DNA of 64,000 nt from Oikopleura dioica (lineage: Eukaryota; Animalia; Chordata), in contig OU015567.1 in NCBI GenBank assembly GCA_907165135.1, positions 2,108,001 through 2,172,000 of the forward strand, written 5' to 3'. Made by a program: the position numbers and the translations under genes. Below are positions 41,310-53,597 of this stretch, piece after piece. The first letter of the stretch is position 1. Each line of letters starts with the position of its first letter. The notes beneath the pieces are model-generated. The model had not been told where the DNA came from and searched no databases. It saw nothing but the letters and a program-made list of their open reading frames with translations.

Positions 41310-43565
41310 TCTTTTTGAAGCAAGAAAAAGAGCAAGCCGGAAAAAGTGCGACCGTTTTGTGCAAATATTAACCATTCAGCGACTCGCTGTGCAATCGATT
41401 TTTGCACTCACATGACTTTCACGGGGATACCCTTATTTGAATGGCGAAGCCCTTTTTGATACTTAGTTTTGGTTGGAATACACAAAAATTTAGAATAAAG
41501 CAGACGAAATATTCAAATCAATAAGCTTTAAATTCCTGTTTGATACACAAAAAAGGCCATTTTCCCGAACAGGTTAAAATATATTTTTTTTCTGTTATCG
41601 GAAATTTGAGCAAAAACGCGTCTCTGTTCAATCGAAAGTTGTCAAAACTGGCTGCCACTTGATTGGAAATCTGAATCGAGTCCAAAGTCGCGAATAAAAT
41701 CAGGGAACGTGCGAGATAAGAAATTCTAGAGACCAAGAGGGGCTCTCATCGGGCGATGGAGCCCTAATCTAATCAGCTATTTTTTCATTCAATGAATGGA
41801 TTGGCGGCTTTTTTTCGTCGCCACCTTAGATTAAAGTGAACTTAAAATTTAATTCACTGTTTTGAAAATAAGAGTTTATACCGAATTTTCAATCAATTAA
41901 TTTTCTTGTATCGTAAAGTTGAAGCTTTCAAACCCCTTTTCTTGCGGTAAAGAATACGGTTTTCGTAAGCGTAAAATTTTAATAAAAGATGTCCTTTTCA
42001 ACTCCTTAACCGCGTGGGACGAATTGTACATTTCAATGTAGTTTAAGACTTTGCAGTGCCCTAGCTCAAAAACTACTGATCGTATGAATCTGAAAATTGA
42101 AATGCGCCTTAGCACAACCTTATTCTCTCGTTCTTTCAAATTTCAGCGAATTATCGCGCACCACCAGCGCTCTGCGCCGGATTAAGTCTGACCTACTTCG
42201 CGCCGCGCTCTTTCTCTCACTCATAACTCTCGTTTCAGTTGGGTATTTTTATTATTTTCAAAGTGAAAATATAGGTTTTCAATACCGGAGATTTCAAATT
42301 TTGAATAATATTTGCAAAAAATCATTGCACAATCACTGCACTCGGTCAAAATGAGAGCTACAAGTAATATGAAAATGATTTTGTTTCGGAAATTTAAGTT
42401 GAAATTATTAAAGCTCATATTCGAATTAGTATTGTCTGTAAATTTGCCGAGAATCGGATGGGCGAGTCGCGAGTTATTCAAGTTTTCGCTTAAACTACAA
42501 TGAAATGTACAATTCGTCCCGCGCTCATACGCGCGGATTCGTCCCACGCGGTTAAAAAACGTCATATTTTCGCAGCTTTTAAAAAAATTACAATGAAATT
42601 TACGCTGACACCTCTTTAACCTCCTTGAGCTGGTCATCCGTTTTCACGCCGAATCTAATTTGTCTTTCATGTTCTGAGCAATTTATTTTCTCTCGCCATT
42701 TTCCTGTTTTCAGTGCTGATCGACCTTTTTAAATTTGGAAAATAGAAGAACACGTCATTTCTAAAGACCGGCAATTCTTTACAACACTGTATTTTTTTTT
42801 AATTATTGAAAAAGAAATATTTTAAGTGGTTTCAATTTGATCGATTTCTGACAGAAGAAGTTTGAAAGAATCTTTTTTCGGTTCAGAAATTTTCGAATTT
42901 GTCATGATTTTTTTAATAAATATTAAAATTTCTTGACCAAATCAAAAGTAATTTCATCTTCATTTTTCCCTTCAGCTGAATTATTCGCGACTTTAATCAT
43001 TTGCTTCGCATCATCTCTATGGCAGGCCAGACCGAGTTCGTCTTCAGACATGTTCTACTTGAAAATGATGACAGAGTGTATCACAGCAGGAACATGTTCC
43101 TAGGGTCGTCATTAATTCGTCAATTGAAATTTTTCCGTCGCGATTTCGATCGAATTCTTGAAAAATTTGAAGACTATCGTCATTTTCGGGAAAGAAATTG
43201 TCTTTTTCATCCTTCTTTTTACGCTCTTTTCTACTGTAAAAAAATTTTCATATTTAGTTTTTGTTATTTTTAAAAAGCCTCTTTCCTCGTTGGAATTTTG
43301 GATCGGGACGGGCGCACTCTAAATAATAATTTTCAGCAATTTCGAATTTTCAATTTCGTCGAAATAAAAACACTGACCGAAATCGGCTGGTCGGGAGAAA
43401 AGCTCAAGGCGGAAACAGTTCTTTGGAGAAATTCTTAATTAACGATTTCAAGCTGATTTTTGATTTCATGCAGACATGGCTTTTCTTTGGAATTTTGTTC
43501 ATCAACGTTCACTTTTCTTGTCAATGTGAGCTTTTGATTGAATCTTTTTGAAATTAAGGCTCTCC

Positions 43566-43957
43566 CAGGGCCAGACTATTTGCATTCTCAAAGTTATTCT
43601 TTTTGCCGAAGATTCACTATTTATTGCTGTATGAATATTCACGACGCGAAAATATTCAAATGAATGGAAAAGAATATCTTCCGTGAATTTTTGAAAAATC
43701 CGTGAATATCTCAAATATTCGCGAATGCTGCGCGCTCTGATTGGTCGAGCTCCGAGCCGGCGGCGGAATCAAATCGGGCCCTTAGGCTCACGGCTCGTGG
43801 GCGCCACCCAAATCGAAGCCCCGTCCCTGTCCGCTCAAAAGTTCGTGAATATGCACGAGAATAGGCCAAAATGAATATGCATGCATTCTTTTTTCGAAAA
43901 AGAATATTCAAAGAAAATTTCGTGAATTTTTTCGAGAATGCAAATAGTCTGGCCCTG
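43566..43957. mobile_element. hAT-type MITE (392 bp)
   Basis: Perfect 24-bp TIR CAGGGCCAGACTATTTGCATTCTC. Perfect 8-bp TSD GGCTCTCC (43558-43565 / 43958-43965). Subterminal GAATATTC/CGTGAAT repeats and a GC-rich core with CTGATTGG. Confidence 0.9.
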
Positions 43958-43982
43958 GGCTCTCCACAATGTTATGAAGGCC

Positions 43983-44253
43983 TTCGAAAGTACCATAGTA
44001 ATCATGGTATATTTTCGTTCGAATGGGGACCCCCTGTTTTCTGCTCGAAAATATGGGTGTCACAATTATAAATTTTTAACTATAAATTTTAAATATATGA
44101 TTGTGACACCCTTATTTTCGAGCAGAAAATAGGGGTCCCAATTCGAACAAAAATAAACCATGATAACTATGGTACTTTCGAAAATAAGGGTGTCACAATT
44201 ATAAATTCAAAATTAATTGTTAAAATTTTATCATTGTGACACCCTTATTTTCG
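43983..44253. repeat. Compound foldback: ~200-bp hairpin with ~85-bp arms, followed by a duplicated inner hairpin
   Basis: 43983-44067 is inverted against ~44099-44182. CGAAAATAAGGGTGTCACAAT at 44179-44199 pairs with 44233-44253. Confidence 0.9.
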
Positions 44254-44902
44254 TTAATTTTGCTTATACAGTATAAAGTATAAGACTTATACTATAAGTT
44301 ATACTTCAAAAATAAAATTTCAAAAATTCTATCTCTAGAATTTCTTTCCTGTGTTCATCTGGCACGACAAAGGGAACTTGCGAAACACCGCCAACCATTT
44401 CGACGAAGAGTCGCGCTAGAATTATGTTTTCGTTAAAAGCTGAGTCAATGCCCTTTTTCGCAAAAGATTAAGAATGAACCGAAAGCGGAAGGTTTGGGCG
44501 AACGAATTTTCGGGGAGCGGATCGTGTTCAATTTATCCGGCATGCTCTGGAATCGCTTCAGCGAAATGTCCTTTTTGCGAATTCTCATCTTTTCGAGCCG
44601 AATCGACACTTTTCTCTTTGGCGAATTCGGGCGCAAGAAATCCATGCCTTTCAGACATTAATTATGGGCTATTTAAAGCTAGCGGCTAAAAACTATCAAA
44701 AGAGGATTTAAATATTTTTAATCAATCAATTCCTAGCAGTAACCACTGCTTTAGCTTATTGATCATCAAGTTGTTTCCTAGCAATTTATCCTTTGAAAGC
44801 AAGGTTTATTTTTTAGAAATTTCTAGGTTCATTTTTCCCCGAAAATTTTGGTTGACCCTTTATAACACGAAAATTGGGGATAAGAGATTTCAAAGAGATT
44901 TT

Positions 44903-44991
44903 TGATTGGCTGCCCGGTCAAAAAAGGGCTTCTGATTGGCGGACAACTTCAACTCCAATCAGAAGCTTTTTATCGGCCTTATAGCCAATCA
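44903..44991. promoter_or_regulatory. Palindromic cluster of four CCAAT boxes
   Basis: TGATTGGCT..GCTTCTGATTGG..CCAATCAGAAGC..AGCCAATCA, arranged as nested inverted pairs. Regulatory role is inferred only. Confidence 0.5.
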
Positions 44992-45909
44992 GAAACGTCT
45001 TCTAGATTAATTCTCCATTTTCTGGGGTCTGGAAAGATTCTAAAAATTGGGGTTATAATAAAACTGACGAATCATAACCATTTTTGTCAAAAAAATACAA
45101 AAAATATTTTAAAAAATCTGAATTAGTTTGATAATCCGATTCCTCGAGATCTCGTCTTTTTTCCTTTTCTCTGACCATTTTTGTCATTTAAAACAGACAC
45201 TGTTGGAAAAAATGGGCCGATGATTATTTTTTTGAGGTGATTAAATATATCATTAATGATGGTATCTTAAAAGCATTTTCTCTCGACGAATGACCGACAA
45301 AATGCCTGCCTGTCAAATAAATCAGAATATTTGATAAAAACAGGTGTTTTTTGATGATTCGGTTTATTCTGCATTATTCTTATTTCAAGGTTTAAAAATT
45401 GAACTTTACCTGTCGACGAGTTTTTCTTTTGATTCGACTTTCTTTTTCCCATTTTTTTGGCTTTTTGGTTTTTGAAAAATGAACGTTTTCGATTGTGGTT
45501 CTCAGAAGACATCATTTTTCAGCAGAGTTTAAATTAAATTCTGCTGCTAAATAACAAGATAAATAATCTCGCGCATGCTAGACAAAATCTGAGTCTTCTG
45601 GGAGTAAGAAACATTCTTCATTCTTGTTAATTAAGATTTGCTACAAAGGTTTATTAAGGAAGATAGACGGCTTCTTGTCAGAGGAATGCTGAACTCTGAG
45701 TTCAATAAGAAAATTGGATAACTGATGCCTACCCCCTTAAAACTCCGTCTCCGCGCGCTACCGCTTGGTGGCGCATTTTATGCGCATGCGGCGGGGCGCG
45801 CGCGGGCAATCATGAAATTTCACTATTTAAGCTGCTCTCAGCATTCTAGCTCTCATCAAACTCTCCAGGTCCAAATCGAGAAAGAAATAGCTTTAGAAAA
45901 AATCGCAAA

Positions 45910-46516
45910 ATGAAATTTTTCGCTGCTCTCCTCGCCGCCGCTCAAGCTCAAACTGACGCTGCTGATCGAATGGCTGTTATTCAGGACAATATTGCTGTAA
46001 GTAAAAAAACAAATTTTAAAATGAAAAATATTTTGAAAATTTTTCAAAAAATTCCTTCAAATTTTGAAGAAAATTTCTTTGAGTCAAAATTTTTACTAAA
46101 ATTTTTCTTTAGAATTTGACAGCGCCAATGCCAACTGTAAACAGCGGCTCTCGATTCACAGCCAAATTCGTTAACCGACTCGCAAAGCTTACCGAAGAAA
46201 TGGTCAACAACACCAACGCTTGGGGAACTGCCTGTGATGAAGGATCAGGAGCAGGATCTGGAGATGGAGCTCAAGGGGATGATATCTTTGCGTAAGTACT
46301 TCATTTTCGGAACTTAGAAAACGGGAAATTTGTAGTTTCAACACTGGAGACGCGCCGGAAGACAAATGCCAGTTGAACAAGCAAATCAACCGGGCTTTGA
46401 ACTCATACGTCCGAAACTACGTTTGCTCTGGCCGAGGCAACTACGTCTCCCGAACTATCCGACGACTCCGAAAGGTCAAAAACTGGTACAACACCAAGTA
46501 CGACTGCGCCATCTAA
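45910..46516 (+). CDS. Small secreted 4-Cys helical protein, homologous to the pair at 59.3 and 60.7 kb
   Basis: Three GT-AG-joined exons give MKFFAALLAAAQA|QTDAADRMAVIQDNIA...KCQLNKQINRALNSYVRNYVCSGRG...YDCAI*. Confidence 0.8.
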
Positions 46517-47123
46517 ACTCAAGAACACCGACTTGAAACTACAACTGCAGTTGAAATGCCCTCTTCTCTTTTTATATAGCTAATTTCTTTTTACTTTTTA
46601 AAATTGCCACTGTATAAAAATTCCTTGAAATAAAAAAATGCAAAAAAAAATAGAAAATACTTTATTGGAAAATCGAAAGAGAAAAATTTTTGCTGGGTTT
46701 TTTGAAGTTAATTGCATGTTTTTCTTGCACGTAGATATTCGGAGAATGAAAAGCTTTGAAAGTGGAGTCGATTCACCGCCACCTAATTTTAATTGCGGCG
46801 AAGTGGATCTAGAACTTCTCTGACAATTATCCACTTGAGTTGTGGGCTCTTGAGTCATTACACGAAAGATGCACATCCGCGCAGCTTTTTCTCTATTTTT
46901 GAAATCGGAGATTTTTAACACGTTTTTTTACCTTTTAGAAAAAAACATGTTTTTAAAAAGTCTTCAGAATCAATGAAATAGTTCGCCGATTTGATGCGCG
47001 AACTCTTAGTTATCCTCTCATTAACCCTGACATTTTGAATTAATCGCACCTTGATTAATTACTGTAGCTAAATAGCTGGTACCTCTCTTTCCTGATGACT
47101 AGCACTAAATCGAGAAATCAACA

Positions 47124-47880
47124 ATGAAATTCACTTTTATCTTGCCTTTTGTCAACTCCCAATTTTGCAAAAACGACAGTCAGAAATGCCCCGAAAAAAT
47201 GAGTCTCGAAAGCATGAGAGAGCAGAGAATTCAGTCACTGAAATTTCAAGTCATAAAAGAGATCAGCAGAAGATACAACCTTTCCGACCTGATTGTGAAT
47301 TACTCTGGCCCGGCTCCGGAAGATCATGAGGTGAAAATTGATGCAGAGGATGCAATTGAGCTCGAAAATTCAAAATGTGAGGTGGCTAAAACAGGCGAAA
47401 AAAGTAAAGTCATCATTCATTCACCGCAAAAATCATATCAAGGTAAAAAAAATTATCATAAGTTCTGCAGCAAAGATCAATTAAATCATTCATTTAACTC
47501 TAGAATCGGCTCAATTTACGAGCGCCCGGCTCGCAACCGAAATTCCCGGCCACCTCTGCGGCCATATCTGGCTGAGTTTCAGCTCTCGTGACATCTCATT
47601 TTTCGAAAACGGCCACGGTAGGGCGTTTTTTTCGTTGATTTCCGCCTCATATTCTAGGAAAAGTGAAAAGCGCCCATTTGATGTTCTACAAGTTGCCGAA
47701 CCCGAACAACCATCAAAAGCGATTTCCCGTGAGTGTTTTCCAGGAACGGTACAAATGAGAAAAATCGAAAGCAAAAGAGAGAAATCTTGTTATTGCGCTG
47801 GGCTGAGAGAAGTTTATAAACAGAGATGGTTTAAAGTTCTGACCGCGCGGTTTAGACCAGCGCGCTTTTTGGAGACATAA
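47124..47880 (+). CDS. Secreted protein resembling a TGF-beta family propeptide, with no mature domain visible
   Basis: Signal-like MKFTFILPFVNS. SLESMREQRIQSLKFQVIKEI resembles the straitjacket helix. Spliced exons 47504-47617 and 47658-47748 give VKSAHLMFY..FPVSVFQ; a probable last exon gives RWFKV. Confidence 0.55.
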
Positions 47881-48020
47881 AATTCAGAAGAAAGCGAATG
47901 AAAATTTAGTCAGGAAACTTCATCTTAACATCAAGGTACGTTTTTGAGATAAGAGATTATTTTTATTGAATTTATAATTTGTCGTCCTTGATTTCAATTT
48001 TTGCTAAGAATCTCATTTAG

Positions 48021-49049
48021 ATGAAGTTACTCGCCGGGGTTTTGGCCGGGTGGGTCTCTGCCCAATACCCGTACTACGATTACGATCAAATCTACACCGG
48101 CAAGTCGCAGGCCGATCAGTCCGGAGGAGCTCTCTTCACCGGGCATACCAACTCGCCCGAAGTTGCCTCTGTCGCCCGAGCCCTCGGAAACGGACGAATC
48201 TGCTGGTCGTGTCTTGAGGAGTCATACGCCAATTGCTTGGGTGCCTCCGCTGTTCGAGGCGATAGCGAGCGACACGGCGCCGTCTACTGCCAAGGTGAAG
48301 ATTACTTCTGCTACATCTCCGAGCGACGAATCATCCGTCACGCCGAGAACGAGTGGAACTACGAGCAAGGAGCTCCATGGCAAACTGTTAGCGCAGTTGA
48401 TCATGGAGAGCTTCTCAATGGCGCTGCTTCAGGCCCAACTGAGGTTCGAGTCCAGATGGGTTGCCAGCAGCCGCTGAGCTGCCTCCGTCAGCAATGGCAA
48501 AACTACCAGATCCAGATCGGTGTTGCTTTCCATCAGGATAACCCAACACAGGTTGACGCCCAGTACGTCCCTGTTGGTTCCCAGACCGAGGTCAGATCCG
48601 GAGCTTGCCGACACCATTACGCCTGGAACGATCACGAAGACGGTACCTTCACTGTTGACGACGAGTGGCGAGCGTTCTCCTGGATGGAGGCCGACACTCA
48701 GAGCGGCAACAGCAAGGCTAGCGCTCAAGGATGGGGCGATCGACGATTCGGAGCAACTGAACGTCATTTCCAACGAGGCAAGGGTACCGAATCCGTCTGC
48801 CACTACTGTTGCGATCCATACCTGGAGTACGACGCTGAAGGATGCAACCACGTCGCTGCCGAGGGCTTTGTCGATAGCGGAGCTGGTCAAATCACCGATT
48901 TCTCCGCTGGTGTCAAGGACTCCAACATCTTCCTCAAGCGGCCCGCCAATGATCACTCCAAGGACTGGAGCTCCAACACCAACTTGCCCCAGTACCACGG
49001 TGCCTTCCGAAACCCCCACACCCAAGTGGCCAAGGGTATCCTCGCATAA
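48021..49049 (+). CDS. Secreted Cys-rich protein (342 aa) with a three-finger/LU-like Cys pattern and long insertions; possibly oikosin-like
   Basis: Intronless ORF with a signal peptide. CWSC..C..C....C..GC...C..C..CHYCC......CN pattern. Strong coding-type composition. Confidence 0.85.
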   Translation: MKLLAGVLAGWVSAQYPYYDYDQIYTGKSQADQSGGALFTGHTNSPEVASVARALGNGRICWSCLEESYANCLGASAVRGDSERHGAVYCQGEDYFCYISERRIIRHAENEWNYEQGAPWQTVSAVDHGELLNGAASGPTEVRVQMGCQQPLSCLRQQWQNYQIQIGVAFHQDNPTQVDAQYVPVGSQTEVRSGACRHHYAWNDHEDGTFTVDDEWRAFSWMEADTQSGNSKASAQGWGDRRFGATERHFQRGKGTESVCHYCCDPYLEYDAEGCNHVAAEGFVDSGAGQITDFSAGVKDSNIFLKRPANDHSKDWSSNTNLPQYHGAFRNPHTQVAKGILA

Positions 49050-52000
49050 CCGATTCAAATGGCCCTGGCGCGCTCGAGAACCAATCCCGTGCTCAAGAAC
49101 AACAGAAGACTGCATTCCACAACTTACCATTCTTCCAGCCCTTCTTGTTTTTCTTCTGTACTATGATTACGGTCCAATGCTAATTTGAGCTTTCTCCTTG
49201 GCTGATTATTTTTATCAACCCCCACCCTGACTCAATTCTGATAGAAAAGCCACCGGAGAGAGGGCAAATTACAGCGCGCCTTTCTTTTCCATCTTCCTTA
49301 TTTTTCTGCTGTGCTCCGATCGCGAATCGTAAATGGACTCGATCCTGAGCCGACAGTGAATAAACTAAAAAAGCAAGAAAAAAATCTTTGTTGATTTGAT
49401 AATTTCTTTGTACCGATAAAAGATATCCGACCATCCTTTTCGAAGGGATCTTGTGAAGACGATTGATGTGGAAGATGAAGGGTCTGGGTGGCATCATGTC
49501 GAGGTATGAAGAATTCAAGGGGGTATGTTTTTATTGAATTCTTAAGATAACCGATCACGTGATAAATTGGATAGACCAAGATTCTTTTGAAAACCTCTCT
49601 CTCGAACTAATTAGTTGGAATTATCCTCAACGATCGAATTCTGATTGCTCAAATGATCTCTGGATTCTCGGGACGCTAAAAGATCCTGCAAACGATGCAT
49701 CTTACTTACCAAGATTGTTGATTTCTTATGATGAGATTTACAAAGAAGAAAGGATGAGAAGAAGTCGGGGAAACGGGTCATTACAGAGTTGATATAATTT
49801 TTAGTCTTTTCTAGAGTTTTTGACCCTAGAAAAGAGGAGAATGATCCAATGGCATTTGCTGTTTGTCAAATGCATCCTCTCATAGGCACTTGTTCTTCAA
49901 AAACATTATGATTTTATTACAGCTGAATGATTTTTTGTAAAACAAGGAAAAAGTGAATCTTCAAAAGGAAATCACAGAATTTTACATTCGGAGCCCGCCA
50001 GTTTACGTCAATTTCTGCAGAGGCGAATGCTTTGACTACAGTTCTCTTTGTAAGATCTGTTATTTCATTCAATGCAATGACTGATTCCGCTTTTAGATGA
50101 AAACAAGCTGCTTCGATCTAGTCTTAAATCTTCAATAGCAAGTATCCGTGACAGAGATGTTGGACCAGTGTCTTGTTGAATTCGGATTTTATCATAAATT
50201 CTATAGACCTTCTTTCACCTTCATTATCTTGATCAAATAATATCCGAAAAAAGCCACCCCAAAAAACTTTACCCCGTGGATATCATCATTGGCTTACGCG
50301 ACGGGGCAGGAAGACCGAAGTGGAAAAAAGTCAAACTACGAAAAATACGCGTCGAAGAATGCGTCTGCTACAATTGAATAAAAATATCCAAAAAATATCG
50401 CGCTATTTTTAATTCATAGTCTTGTAAAGATCGTTCAGCAGACTTTTGAAGGTGATGGGCATTCTTTTAGTCCGGCAGCCGCTCATTGTCGCTCTCCAGT
50501 TTGCTAGAAACATAAATTTTAACTGCTAAGAGATAAATTTACCAACCTGGCATGATTTGGCAATTTAAATTGGACAAAAAGTCCAGCGCGCCTCTTTTTT
50601 GGTCACTTTCGAAATCTTGACCGTTTGCGAAAAATGACGCTGCGAGAAGAAAAATTGCAGTTTGGAAGATTCTCACAAGCATTTTAATTGTTTGCGAGCT
50701 AAACTGATCACTGACGTCTTTTTATAGATGAAAACATTAATAATTAAGTGGCTGGGGATGATGGATCAGCTGTAATAACAGTCTCAGTCCAAGTAACCCG
50801 ACAGCTCTGGGTTATCTTCAGGAAATCACTTGAATAACCAGTAATTCTTTAATAAGAGCTGTATAAGAACGTATTTTATTGATAAATATACCCCTCCGAG
50901 GTTCCAAGACTGAACTTGGCTTTCTTCAGGATAAAAAACTTGCTTCTGCTTGCCTTTTGCAAATCTGAAACCTGAAATTAACTTGCGAAAAAATGATAGA
51001 AGACATGAAAACATCATCTGGAAAGATGGGCGCAAGAAAGATTTCGATGAAAATGAACTGTAAAACGGGGATGAAAATGATCGTGACTGTTCGACGAAAT
51101 ATTAATGCTTCAGCGGTGAAATTGAAAGAGCAAAATTGGATGCTCTTCAAAACCACGAATCAGTCACCCGTCAACACTTTTTCGATACAGAGTTTTAATG
51201 ACAGAATAAGATCACTCAGAATGTGAGTTTTCTCAACAATTCTCAATAAACTTTTTCCATTACGACCTAGAAAAGCCCTAAAATGACTTTGAAAAACATT
51301 GCAACAGGAAGATGCGGTTTTTGTTCGCTGAAAAATTCAGACTGAGTCAATTAATGCCAGGTTTGGTTTGGTTTGTTATTTTCAGCGGTTTTCGATATTG
51401 AAGAAAACAAGCAATCAAAGCGTCGATTTTGGCTCAATTCAAAGTAAGAAATGCCGAAATGAAAGAGTATTTATTCAAAAATCTTTAGTGATAATTTTGC
51501 CGCTTCTTAGCTCAATAAACGAATTTGACAGATTTGAACTTGACAACTCCGAATCTTCTTTTATGTCGACATTTTCTTCGCTGATTCCAGAAGGCTTGAT
51601 TTTCGTTGTTTTATTTTCTTCGCTTGATTTTAATCGGTGAAGAAATCTCAGAATATGAAGAATAACAATATTGCAGAAACTCCAGTATTTTGAAAGAAAG
51701 CCTTCTCGTCTCTTTATTTCTCCTCTTTTTTGGATTTTCTCTCCTCTCTTTTTGATAAAGGGACTGTGCATTTTTGTCAAGGACTAACTAAGTAATGAAT
51801 GATGAAAAGTATTTTGCCAATCTGGCTGGGCCTAATCAGCAGATTTCTTCAATCAGCAAACTGACTCGTCAACTTTGAGGATCTTGCGTCACAACTCGTT
51901 AAATTTTCGCAGAATTCTTTCGCTTTGAAAAGTGGCCTGCTAATTTTTCTTGCTGACAGCATCATAAAATAGGCCAATAATTAGTGAAAAATAGTTGTTT

Positions 52001-52077
52001 TTCTTCATTACAAAGTTTGAATAATTGATAATTTTCGTGGATATAATTCCGGGTTGCAAAAATCATTATTTAAAAAA

Positions 52078-52308
52078 ATGCAGATTTTTAAGATTTTTCT
52101 ACTTTTTAGCTTTATTGAAGCTACAAAAAACACACCTGCAGAAAATTTAAAGAATAGCGACGTTCATTCGTGGTTGCAAAGCCCGAAAATTACTGCTCTT
52201 TTGAATTTCATGAACAAATATTCAGGCGACTACGAAGATCATCGAACTCAAGAGTATTCAAAAAAAGACAACGACGATTCTTTTGAATCGATAATGGACC
52301 TCTTTTGA
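52078..52308 (+). CDS. Possible small secreted peptide (76 aa)
   Basis: MQIFKIFLLFSFIEA signal-like start in a single ORF. No homology recognised. Confidence 0.3.
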   Translation: MQIFKIFLLFSFIEATKNTPAENLKNSDVHSWLQSPKITALLNFMNKYSGDYEDHRTQEYSKKDNDDSFESIMDLF

Positions 52309-53597
52309 TAAGATTCTTCTGAGCGACTTTATTTTTATTCAATAAATTTACTGCAAAACGTAGCTAAGAGAAGATGGCTTAAAGATGTTGCTGCAGAACA
52401 GATGGTAGAGCCCATTTTGTGATGCGCTTTTGACAGGATAAAATAGAAAACTCTTTTTTGAAAAGCCAAAATAATATTTTCATCCGTCTCAGAAGTCTTT
52501 CTTTGGGGCTGCAGATCGTTTTGTAAAGTAAACTGGCTGCTGGTTGTCGATGAAGTCGAAAAGTGCTCGAAAATCGTCACTGTTCATTATTCTTTTAATG
52601 CTATCAGCGAAGTTCTCAGAAGCAGCGTCATTTCTATTCAAATAATATTCACGAGATAGGGTTAGGGTTGAGCTCAGGTTAAGGATAAGGGTTTGAATAA
52701 AAAAGGTCTTTCATCATTTTCCTGGCAGCAAAAGTGCAAACGAAGAAAATAAAATATAAAACTTTCATTTTTGCTCTTTTTTCCTTTGTCTTCCATCCAA
52801 TTTATATCTGCAATTTTTCATCAAGTAAAGTAAGCCATAAAATATTCAAGTGTTGAACGTCCATTTGCGAATGAAACAAAGAAATTGAATATTGCCGACT
52901 TGATCTATGGTCCATAGACTATGGAGCTCTGGAAAAGAAAATAATCGAGCCATTTTTTTTTTAATATTTTTGTGTTAGGAATTCATTTAATTTTCAGACC
53001 ATCGCAGCGGAACTCGGAAAAATTGACAACATGGCATCTAGTTCGACTAGTATATGGTAGTTTGAATGCTGTTTGCTTCATTCATATTAACGAGCTGCCC
53101 CTTTTAAAAGATAGTTTATACTCAATTTCGTCATTCACAAGATGCTCGTTTTCCATTTTTTCTCGTTGATTTCTGCACTTGTGCTTCCTCCCTGGCCAAC
53201 TTTATTCGAGCTTAAAGGCAACGCTGCGAAACGGGATTATCCAGAGCTCGCTGAAGTTATAAACAGGAATTGAGTTTTCGATGATTTTTTTTTTCCAAAA
53301 ATACACTTTTCGTTTATTCGGACAAGTTTGCAAAACTCGCTAAAAGCCCAGAAATGGCGAATATTCTCCAGCAATACAACAAATACGACGGGGCTGGGGA
53401 AGATCACCAGATGGCTGAGTTTCGGAAATGAAAAAAGAGAAACAAACTGACTCTGATATATTTAAATATATATTTGTTTTTCTACTCTCATATCAGTACG
53501 GTAGTTTTATGAGAGCTAGCAGTTACTTATAGTGTTGAATTTTTGACTACAGAAATTTTAAGGGTGATTGTTTTTTGTTGATAAAGCGAGATAAGGA

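Noticed and set aside
47880-48023. Fusion of the TGF-beta-prodomain-like gene to the LU-like gene via the small exon at ~47911-47935
   Set aside because: The downstream ORF has its own ATG and signal peptide, so the small exon is better read as 5' UTR.
48429-49188. Overlapping 233-aa antisense and 222-aa shifted ORFs
   Set aside because: Explained by codon bias of the 48021..49049 gene; no independent protein signal.
52657-52669. Interstitial telomeric repeat (TAGGGTTAGGGTT)
   Set aside because: Only two units; compatible with chance.
49250-53500. Probable minus-strand multi-exon gene(s)
   Set aside because: Exon-like open stretches exist, but no reliable in-phase model or homology could be derived by eye.
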